From a virus (taxonomy: Duplodnaviria; Caudoviricetes), in IMG/VR virus record IMGVR_UViG_3300020461_000009, positions 1 to 52,363 of that record: a DNA stretch of 52,363 nucleotides, one strand, 5' to 3'. Each line of letters opens with the position of its first letter. The stretch's first letter is position 1. A program made the position numbers and the translations under genes. Below, in pieces: positions 43,743-52,363 of this stretch. Below the pieces are notes generated by a model. That model was not told where the DNA came from, searched no databases, and saw nothing but the letters and a program-made list of their open reading frames with translations.

Positions 43743-44171
43743 TTATGTTGATAAATCGTTATAACTGCTCCTGTAGTCGATTTCATACTCACAGGATACT
43801 ATGCCTGCTGGCTGATCTGCTTCAATAACATCAAAGGTTACTGTTGCTGGTCTAACATCTATTGCAAGTCCTCCTAAAGTTGGATCGTTAACAACTTTAG
43901 TATGTAAACTCTCAATAGTTGGATCTGCTGAAGTATCAGGTGTTTGTGATCTAACAACAACTACTATTCTTACTCTTAATGTCCAATCTATCTTTAGATA
44001 GGTTGCACTATTAACAGTAGGCTCATCAGTAACAAATTCTAAAACCAAACTAGGGGACTCTGCTCTAGCCATAGGCTCTGCTCTACTTCTGTAGATACGA
44101 TTTCCTACTCCTGTTGTATTAGCAAGATTAGTTTTAATCGCAGCTAAAATTTGTTCTCGTTTACTAGCCAT
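43743..44171 (-). CDS. Tail terminator protein (gpU-like)
   Basis: REQILAAI, DPTLGGL; synteny. Confidence 0.7.
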   Translation of the reverse strand: MASKREQILAAIKTNLANTTGVGNRIYRSRAEPMARAESPSLVLEFVTDEPTVNSATYLKIDWTLRVRIVVVVRSQTPDTSADPTIESLHTKVVNDPTLGGLAIDVRPATVTFDVIEADQPAGIVSCEYEIDYRSSYNDLST

Positions 44172-44172
44172 T

Positions 44173-44451
44173 TCACACCTTCATCAAAGATACTATACAT
44201 AAACTACCATCATCTATTTTTCTTACACTCCTTACTTTATAACTAACTGAATCTACTGATAAAGTAGAGTCATATAAGACCGCACCTAAATCAGAAGTTT
44301 TAGCTGTTAACTGATAGTCAGTTGTTAGAACACGATCATCAGCAACAATTTCGTCTGGTTGATCTAATATTCCTTTATAAGTAGTGCCACTATAAACAAC
44401 AGTATCTGTAAAATCAGCAAAATATGTATCGAGATCTTCAGTAAATGCCAT
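44173..44451 (-). CDS. Head-tail joining protein (FII-like)
   Basis: 92 aa, GILD, DDG; synteny. Confidence 0.7.
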   Translation of the reverse strand: MAFTEDLDTYFADFTDTVVYSGTTYKGILDQPDEIVADDRVLTTDYQLTAKTSDLGAVLYDSTLSVDSVSYKVRSVRKIDDGSLCIVSLMKV

Positions 44452-44454
44452 AGG

Positions 44455-44477
44455 AAAAAGCCCTCACTAAGAGGGCT
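44455..44477 (-). terminator. Terminator after the head genes
   Basis: A-run plus AGCCCTC...GAGGGCT. Confidence 0.7.
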
Positions 44478-44483
44478 ATATTT

Positions 44484-44867
44484 TTATCCGTACTTTTTAA
44501 GACCAACTAAGTTGATGCTAAAAGTAAATGTTGGGGATGATCCACCAATTGTTTGAACAATCTTGATGTAACGCTTGCACTCATCTTTATTAATTGCAAG
44601 TGTTTGCATTGAAGCAGATCCTGTTACCTGAGTAAAAGTAGCACCAGATAAATCTGTATATGTACCACTTGAGGCATCAGATTCAGTAATTTTAATATCT
44701 AATGTTGGAGAAGAACCGCCACCAGCAGCACTATCCAAAATTAACATTACATCTCCATCATATTCGAGAAGATCTATTGCACTTGATGTAGCTGTGCTTG
44801 TAACAGCAGCAGTAGCAACACCAGCAACAACAGTAAGTTTTTCTAAGTTCTGTTGAATAACAGACAT
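44484..44867 (-). CDS. Putative head decoration protein
   Basis: Beta-rich 127 aa downstream of the capsid gene. Confidence 0.55.
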   Translation of the reverse strand: MSVIQQNLEKLTVVAGVATAAVTSTATSSAIDLLEYDGDVMLILDSAAGGGSSPTLDIKITESDASSGTYTDLSGATFTQVTGSASMQTLAINKDECKRYIKIVQTIGGSSPTFTFSINLVGLKKYG

Positions 44868-44868
44868 T

Positions 44869-45201
44869 TTAAGATTCCTCCTGAGTAGAAATAAACTCTT
44901 CTAATTCTGCAATTAGAGCAGTTTTGTTTTGTCTTCTATCGAGTTCTATTCCAAGCTTGCGACCATAAGTTTCGATCTGTGATTTTGTCATTTCAGAAAA
45001 ATCAACTTCGTCACTATCGGCAGGCTCTGGCTCGACAACTGGCTTTGTACTGGCAATAGGTGCTTCACAAACTTCAACAGCTAATTCAGCTTTCTCTACT
45101 GCTATCAAATACTGACCAGTTTGCTCTTCAACATCAACGATAGTGCCGACACTCGTAGGAGTGCCAGCTATCATTGTTGCTCGTAGCAATTTAACCTTCA
45201 T
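44869..45201 (-). CDS. Head-associated protein (FI-like / Rho-N-like C terminus)
   Basis: Start re-called at MKVKL; MTKSQIETYGRKLGIELD...K..LI. Confidence 0.55.
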   Translation of the reverse strand: MKVKLLRATMIAGTPTSVGTIVDVEEQTGQYLIAVEKAELAVEVCEAPIASTKPVVEPEPADSDEVDFSEMTKSQIETYGRKLGIELDRRQNKTALIAELEEFISTQEES

Positions 45202-45202
45202 A

Positions 45203-47683
45203 TTATGTTCCGAAAGAGAACGCAGTTGGTTGCTTAACAGCAAAGTCAACATCCTGTAACGCTATTATTCTTACGCTACCGCTTGTTGCGTTTGCATATG
45301 GATCTACTGTTAGATCTAAACCAGACCACATACCAATCACAAACTGCGAGAAGTCTCCAAAGAGTACATCATTGTTTGCAAGTTGGTTAGAAACAATAGC
45401 TGGATAACCATTAATTTCGTTGTTCTCAAACACGAACTGTCCTGTGTTTGTAGCCTTTTCTGTTGACTTCAAAGCACCTCTAGCAGAAGCGTTAATTAGG
45501 TAGTACATATTAGCTACATCAGCATTTGCTGCGGCAACGTCTGTCTCAAGTGCTATGTACTCAGCAAAAGTACCGAATGTAGTAATTGTTGATGTACCTA
45601 CACCAGTTGTATCTTTGATACCTAATGGCTCATTAGAACTACCAGATCCATAGATAGCTGCGTTATCTAATTTAGTAGCAATAACCTTTGCAATGTCATC
45701 TCTAATCATTGTCTCAACGTCTATAGATGACTGAAGAAGTAATCTTCTTGAGTAGTCAACAAAAGCACCAATTGTCTTTGGTGTCATGTTCACTTGGTCA
45801 AAAGCTTGCTGACTTTCTGTTGGTGCGCCTGACTCACCTACAAAGTAAGCAGTTGATGTAGATGTCATTCTTGGGATAGACACGTTACCAGACAATCCTG
45901 TAAGCATTGTTGGGTTTGTTGCCATCACAGCCATTCTCTTTCTAAGAATGTCAATAAATGAACCTGCTAATAATTCTGTTGGAACTAAGTTACCACCAGC
46001 AGTTGCAGTACCCACGTTCAAGTCTCTTTGTAAAACTTCGTTAGGAACTAAAATTCCATTTGCAGGTTTCTCATACTTCTTAGAAGCTGCGTCAGAAACC
46101 TCTCTCTCAAAAGCTGCTGCTTCTTGAGCTTGACGATCTGTTGGGTTTGCTAATGCGTTTAATGCTCTTAAGAAAGAGAAACGCTTAATTTCTTTTTGGT
46201 CTAAGCCAACTTCATTAGTACTCATGTCAGTAGAACGTATTGGTGTATTAACTGCCTCTGCCTTGTTTTTAACAAGATCGAGGATAGCTGCTTTAGCTTC
46301 TGCTGGTGACTTATTAGATTTAATAAGTGAGTCAGTAAGCTCTTCTGCTCCATACTTTCCAAACTCACGACATAATGAAGTGATTGCTGCTGTACGAGCA
46401 TTATTTTCATCAATAGCACGTTGAACTTCGGCTTTGATGTCGATCTCAACGGATTTCTCCGCTTCAACCGCAGTTTCTTTAGTTGATTCTTCCATAGTGC
46501 GAACCGAGGGTGATGCGGATTCTTCCGCAGAAATAATCTCCTGTTGAGGTGATTTATCTTCCATAGTAATACTATTGCCTTGTGAGGGTGAGATCAAGCT
46601 TCTGCCGAAGCCTATTGTTGGATCTGCCGGGACTGTTACGACAGACAATTCATGGACAGACCATGATCTTGCAAGCATACCATCAGAAGTCTCATCCATA
46701 TCATTTATAGAATACCCAAAGCTAATACCTCTTAATATTCCATCTTTTACATCCTCTAAAATCTCAGATGCAAACTTACTTCTTGAGAAACGTATTTTTG
46801 CATAACCTCTTTTATCTTCTCCAATATATGCACTCTCAACCACACCTATAGGCTTATCCATATTGTGATTAAAGAGAACTGCACCGCCATCATTTAGCCT
46901 GCTAAGATCAGCAGCACCATCTTCATGGCTTAATACTTCGTTACCAAAATATCTTTTTACTGGATATTCAGAACTAAAAGGAAACTCAAATGTGCGTGAT
47001 TTCACATTTTTAAAGTCCGTAACCTCTTTACGTTCAAATCTATCTCCAGCATCAACACTTCTAATCGCTGCAATTTTTGTAAGTGTCGAAAATTTATGGC
47101 CGACCTTTCTATCGGTAGCCTCCCCATTTCGATACAACGTAATTAATGCAGCAGGGTCATCTGCTGTTCCAGTAATAGTAAAAGAACTATCAGGTACATC
47201 TATTGATCCATCTCTAACGATACGATCAATTTTACCCCTAGCCGTACCACCGCTAGAGTTCCATCTAACAAAATCACCAACCTTTAACCCATCAGGTTCG
47301 GCTCTGTGTTCTGTTTTAGTTTCTTCAGTCATAGTGCGTTCTCTTGCTTTTTTGATTGAATTAGATTTAGCCCTAGCCCAAGTCTGGCCGGGGTCACCTC
47401 CCCAGGCAGCCCAAGCTACCCTTCCGTTACTAGGATAGCCAGGTTCCCCTGGTCGGTATCCCTCGCCTGATTTATCCGACTCATGCCGAGCAAACCATGC
47501 GTTCATTGTAATCACAGTATCAGGTGATAGCTCATTTCCGCTTAATATTTGTGTTGCTCTTGTTCTTGCGTCATCAGTTCCACCACCTTCTCCTTCTTTT
47601 TTCCATTTTCTATATTTTTCTGCTTCCTTTCTCATACCATCAGTAGGCATAAGATTTATCTCTGTTCCATTAACATTCGCCAT
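45203..47683 (-). CDS. Prohead protease-major capsid fusion (HK97 fold) with two extra N-terminal domains
   Basis: LFNHN, GISFGY, ELSVVTVPAD (S78 protease); GGNLVPTE, FGDFSQ (MCP). Confidence 0.9.
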   Translation of the reverse strand: MANVNGTEINLMPTDGMRKEAEKYRKWKKEGEGGGTDDARTRATQILSGNELSPDTVITMNAWFARHESDKSGEGYRPGEPGYPSNGRVAWAAWGGDPGQTWARAKSNSIKKARERTMTEETKTEHRAEPDGLKVGDFVRWNSSGGTARGKIDRIVRDGSIDVPDSSFTITGTADDPAALITLYRNGEATDRKVGHKFSTLTKIAAIRSVDAGDRFERKEVTDFKNVKSRTFEFPFSSEYPVKRYFGNEVLSHEDGAADLSRLNDGGAVLFNHNMDKPIGVVESAYIGEDKRGYAKIRFSRSKFASEILEDVKDGILRGISFGYSINDMDETSDGMLARSWSVHELSVVTVPADPTIGFGRSLISPSQGNSITMEDKSPQQEIISAEESASPSVRTMEESTKETAVEAEKSVEIDIKAEVQRAIDENNARTAAITSLCREFGKYGAEELTDSLIKSNKSPAEAKAAILDLVKNKAEAVNTPIRSTDMSTNEVGLDQKEIKRFSFLRALNALANPTDRQAQEAAAFEREVSDAASKKYEKPANGILVPNEVLQRDLNVGTATAGGNLVPTELLAGSFIDILRKRMAVMATNPTMLTGLSGNVSIPRMTSTSTAYFVGESGAPTESQQAFDQVNMTPKTIGAFVDYSRRLLLQSSIDVETMIRDDIAKVIATKLDNAAIYGSGSSNEPLGIKDTTGVGTSTITTFGTFAEYIALETDVAAANADVANMYYLINASARGALKSTEKATNTGQFVFENNEINGYPAIVSNQLANNDVLFGDFSQFVIGMWSGLDLTVDPYANATSGSVRIIALQDVDFAVKQPTAFSFGT

Positions 47684-47685
47684 AG

Positions 47686-49239
47686 TTAATCAGTTTTCTT
47701 TTTGCGTGTTTTTTTAGCTCTAGTAGGTGGAGGAGTCGGAGGTGCTTCCTGTCCTATTTCTACCTCTAAATCTAAATCTTTATCTAATGTAACTCCTAAC
47801 CCTTGTGCGACATCCTGTTCTCTTGCAATCTCAGAAACAATATCGTCATAATCACCACCATTTGTCTGTGCTATGACTTGTGATTTAGTCATATAGCCAG
47901 CCTGTTCTGCTTCTCTATAAGCTTTTATTTCTTTTAGAGGATCAACATAATGTTGCGCTGGTGGAGTCCATCTTGGTTTGCAATATCTCATAGAGTTTGC
48001 AGAATAATCAGGAAAATCTAACTCTCCTGTCAATACTGCAAGTTCTATCCACATTTTAAAAACTCTAAGATGAAAGTTTTTAATCATGTACTTTTGACAG
48101 AAACTCCAATGTTGCCTGTCTTCTAACAAGCTAAGTCTTGAGCTTGAATAATTAGTTTCTGAAAAGTCTTTTGATATTGTCTCAAAACTGCAACCTATAC
48201 CAGTTGCAAAACGTCTAATTTTGTTTTTTACAAACATCTCATATTGCTGACTTGGATAATCAATGTCAGGTACATTTACAGATTCATTAGGCATTAGATA
48301 CCTAAATGTACCCGGCTCAAAGTTTTGTATTCTCTGTGCATTTTGTACATCATCACCAATCAATTCACCCTGATCGTTTTGTATAAATCCCATAATACTT
48401 GCACCAGCCCTAGCTCGTATAACAGCAGCTTCTTCATAGCCCTGTAATTGGTGCATATCGTTCATCACGCTATGAAACCAAGGTACACCTCTGTTCTGGC
48501 CGGGTCGTTCTGGCATAAACAGATGAATAATCTCAGAAGCATTTATAAAAATATGCAATGACTGTTTATTTGCATAATCCAAGTAATAAGCATCGCCCGG
48601 ATGTTTCTTTAAAATGGCATACCTTTGTGGTCTTCCCCATTCATCAACCTCTACACCATTTCTCCACTCATTGCCTTTGGTGAGTGTCTTGCCGTCATAT
48701 TCTTCATCTAACAAATCACTTTCAATCAGTTGCAATGCAAGAGGTACTTTTGAATCGCCAAATTGTTGCTTAACAACTCTAAATATTGCTTCTCCTGATT
48801 CACACAATGCACCAGCAGCTAACCACTCAAATTCATGGAAGCTATATTTACCAGCACAATCACAACTATCAGCACTTGTCCATTCTGACCATTTTTCTTC
48901 TATTAAGTTGTTAACTCTTTGATCTCTTTTGCCACCTCTTTGTTGTAAAACAAGAGACTGAAACTTCATACCTGTACCAACAATATTTATTTGTGTTGTA
49001 CGCTTTGCTTGTCTAGCATAAGGATTGTTTCTTACAAGTTCTCTTGATCTATCTCTTAGCTTACGCAAACTATTGCGTATTTCGGCATCGGCACTCAACT
49101 GGCTACTCATCCAATCGGAAGTAAGCCTAGAAACTAATGCACCTTGATATGCTCTTTTCAAACTGCCAAGAGGTGTAGCTTTCCTACCAAACCCAAGAAC
49201 TCTTTTTACTGTGTTAGCAATGTTAGATCGTATGCCCAT
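47686..49239 (-). CDS. Portal protein, lambda family
   Basis: LRDRSRELVRNN, RPGQNRGVP, NYSSSRL, VDPLKE. Confidence 0.92.
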   Translation of the reverse strand: MGIRSNIANTVKRVLGFGRKATPLGSLKRAYQGALVSRLTSDWMSSQLSADAEIRNSLRKLRDRSRELVRNNPYARQAKRTTQINIVGTGMKFQSLVLQQRGGKRDQRVNNLIEEKWSEWTSADSCDCAGKYSFHEFEWLAAGALCESGEAIFRVVKQQFGDSKVPLALQLIESDLLDEEYDGKTLTKGNEWRNGVEVDEWGRPQRYAILKKHPGDAYYLDYANKQSLHIFINASEIIHLFMPERPGQNRGVPWFHSVMNDMHQLQGYEEAAVIRARAGASIMGFIQNDQGELIGDDVQNAQRIQNFEPGTFRYLMPNESVNVPDIDYPSQQYEMFVKNKIRRFATGIGCSFETISKDFSETNYSSSRLSLLEDRQHWSFCQKYMIKNFHLRVFKMWIELAVLTGELDFPDYSANSMRYCKPRWTPPAQHYVDPLKEIKAYREAEQAGYMTKSQVIAQTNGGDYDDIVSEIAREQDVAQGLGVTLDKDLDLEVEIGQEAPPTPPPTRAKKTRKKKTD

Positions 49240-49823
49240 TAGTATGCCTCATTAAAACGAACAAATGTAGCTCTTGGATTGCCAAGGCCATTAGCAATCA
49301 TTTCTGCTTGTTTTTCTCTAACAAGCTCGGCTTTGTATCTTGCTTCTAACATTATTAACTCTGATAATTCATATTTTTTTGCTGTTCTTGTACCAATTTT
49401 ATATTCTTGTATAGCACCACCACTAATAATTGTTCTAATAGCTGCTTGTATAACATCTAAATCTTTTTCTACTTGCGAGCGGCCATCATAAGCTGCTGGT
49501 GTTCCGCTATAAGATTGTGTTGCAAAAACTTCAAACGATCCTCTATAAATTGTTTGTGTTTCTTGTCCTGACTTGTTAGCTACAGCTTGATAAAACCAAT
49601 TACCAGCATCAAAATTAGCTGTTGTGGCAGCAGGTATGCTGAATTGAAAGCCATCATTATATGCAGAGCTATTGACAGTAGCTCCTTCTGAGGAAGTGTT
49701 TGTTCTTAAATAGTACACAACCGACCAATCTGGACTGCTGATACTGTTTCCGAAGACATCTTGACTCGCTGGGATTCTCCATTGAACAAAATCTCCTGCA
49801 ATTACTTTTTGTGGAAAGGTCAC
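49239..49823 (-). CDS. Head completion (gpW-like) protein with extra N-terminal domain
   Basis: C-terminal QEYKIGTR...LSEL; between terL and portal. Confidence 0.65.
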   Translation of the reverse strand: MTFPQKVIAGDFVQWRIPASQDVFGNSISSPDWSVVYYLRTNTSSEGATVNSSAYNDGFQFSIPAATTANFDAGNWFYQAVANKSGQETQTIYRGSFEVFATQSYSGTPAAYDGRSQVEKDLDVIQAAIRTIISGGAIQEYKIGTRTAKKYELSELIMLEARYKAELVREKQAEMIANGLGNPRATFVRFNEAY

Positions 49824-49829
49824 GATTAA

Positions 49830-51698
49830 TTACCAATTAGCGACAAAATTCGTCTTTTTAGGCGAATTAGTACGTTTTAAGTCTACCTTAGTCTCCTTTA
49901 GAGGCTTTTTAGGGTTAATTTTTCTTTCAAACTGGTCAAATATAGTTCTTCTGTCATATTTTTGCAATAATCGTTGATATGCAGCCCACGAATAAACCAT
50001 TTCATCTAATGCCTCATTCCTAGCATTGCTTTTTTTAACCCAAACACGTTCTTGATAACCATTTTTATACTTTAATACCTGTTTCTCTGCTGTAAGCTCT
50101 TGAAAATAATCAGGTGTGATTGTTGGATAGAAATGTATATAACCTTTGCCAATTTCTGCATCTTTTAGCTTATTACTTAAAGTCGTTTTAATTACATCTA
50201 CACCTACAGGAAATAGTTGCACTCCTTTCTTAAGTGCTTTACCTGTAAAGTTAATATCTACTTTTGAAGGTTTGCCTAATGGTGGTTTTCCTTTCTGACC
50301 AACACCTTTAATTCCTATCAATCCAATATGTGATCTTTCCCTGACATATTGATATACCTCATGTGTGTAATGACCACCAGTATCAATCGCAGCACTTTCA
50401 ATTTTAAGTTCTTTATCATTTACATTTTTAAACTTACCTAGCAAAACCTCATCTAACTGTTTCCATACATCTGCTCTAGCTGGTGAGCCATATAAAACTT
50501 GTCTATCTATCAAATACATTTCCTCATTTCTGCCAAATCCAAAAACTGACAAACTTAATCTGTCATCCTGTGTATCAATACCAGCAGTTAAAAATAGTAC
50601 TTCTTCTGGAGGTTTTGCTCTTTCATATTTTGCTTCTGATGCTCTAATCATCAAAGCATCTGCACCAACCTTTGCCTGATATTCATCTTCCCATGTCTCC
50701 CCTAATATTGTGTTTATCCATGTCTTTAGCTGTTCTGGATCATCTTTACTTAATAAAAACTCCTCTACAAGATTTGACCAACTTGCATTAGGTGAATAAG
50801 AATATGCAGCCCATATGTGAAAACCAACGTGTTTAGATTTGCCGGGTGCAGTTGCCCTCCACTCACCACGTTCTACCATCCATCTTTTCTTGTTATGAGG
50901 TATGGCTTTTGTACAAGACTCACATTGATAGTGAACTGTATCAGGATCGTCATTTTGCCACTTAAATTGCGCCCATCTTAGATATTGCATATGACCACAA
51001 TGCGGACATGGTACATAAAAACGATTTTGACAAGTTTGTAAAAACATTTTTTCTATACGAGAAAAATCTTTTACAGTCGGTGTGGAGCCAGATACGATTT
51101 TACGATTCCAATAATATTCTGTTCTTCTAATACCTAACTTTATTTGATCTCCCTCAGTACCAGCAGATGCAGGGTAGCCATCTATCTCATCAAACAAAAC
51201 TATTCTTCTGCTAACCCTTCTAAATCCTCTAGGTGAATTAGCACCTACTAGAGATAATGTGCCACCAGGAAACTGTTTTTGTAAAAGCGTATTTTGACCA
51301 TCTTTTGCTTTTGCATCACTTACAAGACCATGCAAACATTTAGTGTCTCTTAGCATAGGTGCTACTTCTTCTTTGGAATATCCAGTTGCATCTTCTATAG
51401 TTGGCTGCACAACCATAATTGGACATGGATCTTGGTGGATGTGATAGGCAATAACATGATTAAGAATTTTAGAATATCCAACCCTAGCTGATTTCATTAT
51501 TGTTACTTGCTCTATATCAGGATTAGTTATTGCATCCATCATCCCTTTTTGATATGGCAATGTTCTCCATCTGCCACCTTCTGCCGAACTTTCTGCTGAT
51601 AGATAGGCATACTCATCTGCCCAATCACTAAGACTTAATTTCTTAGGAGGTTTAAAACTATCAAATGCTATTTGTTCTAAAGATAAAAGATTACTCAT
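49830..51698 (-). CDS. terL: Terminase large subunit (lambda GpA family)
   Basis: KSARVGYS, DEID, STPT, CPHC...CESC, GIDTQ, IDTGG, RNEALD. Confidence 0.95.
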   Translation of the reverse strand: MSNLLSLEQIAFDSFKPPKKLSLSDWADEYAYLSAESSAEGGRWRTLPYQKGMMDAITNPDIEQVTIMKSARVGYSKILNHVIAYHIHQDPCPIMVVQPTIEDATGYSKEEVAPMLRDTKCLHGLVSDAKAKDGQNTLLQKQFPGGTLSLVGANSPRGFRRVSRRIVLFDEIDGYPASAGTEGDQIKLGIRRTEYYWNRKIVSGSTPTVKDFSRIEKMFLQTCQNRFYVPCPHCGHMQYLRWAQFKWQNDDPDTVHYQCESCTKAIPHNKKRWMVERGEWRATAPGKSKHVGFHIWAAYSYSPNASWSNLVEEFLLSKDDPEQLKTWINTILGETWEDEYQAKVGADALMIRASEAKYERAKPPEEVLFLTAGIDTQDDRLSLSVFGFGRNEEMYLIDRQVLYGSPARADVWKQLDEVLLGKFKNVNDKELKIESAAIDTGGHYTHEVYQYVRERSHIGLIGIKGVGQKGKPPLGKPSKVDINFTGKALKKGVQLFPVGVDVIKTTLSNKLKDAEIGKGYIHFYPTITPDYFQELTAEKQVLKYKNGYQERVWVKKSNARNEALDEMVYSWAAYQRLLQKYDRRTIFDQFERKINPKKPLKETKVDLKRTNSPKKTNFVANW

Positions 51699-52195
51699 GC
51701 AGTAGATAATTCTTCTAACGCTTCTCTAACAATGTCATCTATACAACTAACTGCATTTGTATCTAAATCAGGTAATCGTTGTTTTGCTTTAGATGATATT
51801 CCTAATAATTTTGTTCTTGCTGTAGTTATAACTTCTGTCCATTTTTGTTGTACTTCTTTTAATGGCACAAGACTGTCTTCTTTTTGTTTGCGTTCTAACT
51901 CAAGCAACTCAGCTTTTAAATGTTCTGTCCTAGCCCTGCTTTCTTCGTACTCAGGTATAGAGTCTAATGTTATAGAAGATCGCTTACGTTTTGGTGCTGA
52001 TGTTTGTGGATTAGTCTTCATCTGTCTAAAAGCAGACTTTTTGTTCCATTCTGCAACCATAGTGTCGCTGTTTATAACTATATTTCCTTGATTATCTTCC
52101 ATTGCTGTAAGACGGCCTTGCTTGATCGCCATGTAAACCGCTTGTATAGTCACACCCATTTTTTCTGCTGCTTCTTTTCTAGTGATAAGAGCCAT
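51695..52195 (-). CDS. terS: Terminase small subunit (Nu1-like)
   Basis: N-terminal HTH, YEESRAR.E...A coiled coil, coupled to terL. Confidence 0.85.
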   Translation of the reverse strand: MALITRKEAAEKMGVTIQAVYMAIKQGRLTAMEDNQGNIVINSDTMVAEWNKKSAFRQMKTNPQTSAPKRKRSSITLDSIPEYEESRARTEHLKAELLELERKQKEDSLVPLKEVQQKWTEVITTARTKLLGISSKAKQRLPDLDTNAVSCIDDIVREALEELSTA

Positions 52196-52350
52196 AGTGT
52201 AAATCTGATAATGCTATTTCTATTTACAATAGCGTATCTTGATAAATATGGTATAATATACCGCCCTGATTAGGGTTAATAAATTATAAATAGGTCGGTT
52301 TGTAAGCAATGTAAATACATTTGTAAATTTGTGCCTAGAAAAATTTTGCG

Positions 52351-52363
52351 CTCCGAAGTTACC
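52351..52363. repeat. Right copy of the 13-nt terminal repeat
   Basis: CTCCGAAGTTACC, identical to 1-13. Confidence 0.85.

Noticed and set aside
52290-52330. HLR1 site upstream of terS
   Set aside because: TTACA half-sites are present, but spacers (1 and 4 nt) do not fit the 2-nt consensus
1-52363. tRNAs and photosynthesis auxiliary genes (psbA, hli)
   Set aside because: None recognised by eye; tRNAscan and HMM searches are needed to confirm absence

Overview
The window appears to be a complete, AT-rich, lambda-like siphovirus genome cut at its cos site: a 13-nt direct repeat sits at both ends, with a cosQ-like sequence beside it. It is most likely a marine cyanophage of a Prochlorococcus-type host, inferred from gene families, low GC and host regulator motifs. 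0.5-12.5 kb holds a minus-strand early/host-takeover region of small, often acidic genes in promoter-terminator cassettes, including Ocr-like, DUF2786, Mom-like GNAT and stand-alone NAD-ligase adenylation-domain genes. 12.6-22.5 kb is replication and recombination: candidate ori, RepB-like primase-VapE helicase, VRR-NUC, ParB-like, SF2 helicase and RecE/RecT. 22.8-26.9 kb is a membrane/secreted-protein cassette with no recognisable endolysin. 26.9-34.2 kb holds tail fibres, including a duplicated 'adapter + three tip' module. 34.2-52.2 kb is a lambda-type tail, head, portal and terminase block. I recognised no integrase, CI repressor, DNA polymerase or photosynthesis gene. The strongest non-coding signals are four tandem NtcA-type boxes at 1636-1724, nine early promoters with HLR1/RpaB-type direct repeats, a strand-polar CGAGTC motif (10-copy array plus about 27 dispersed copies confined to the left half), and several recurrent leader, RNA and dispersed elements. 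All assignments are by eye; no searches were run.
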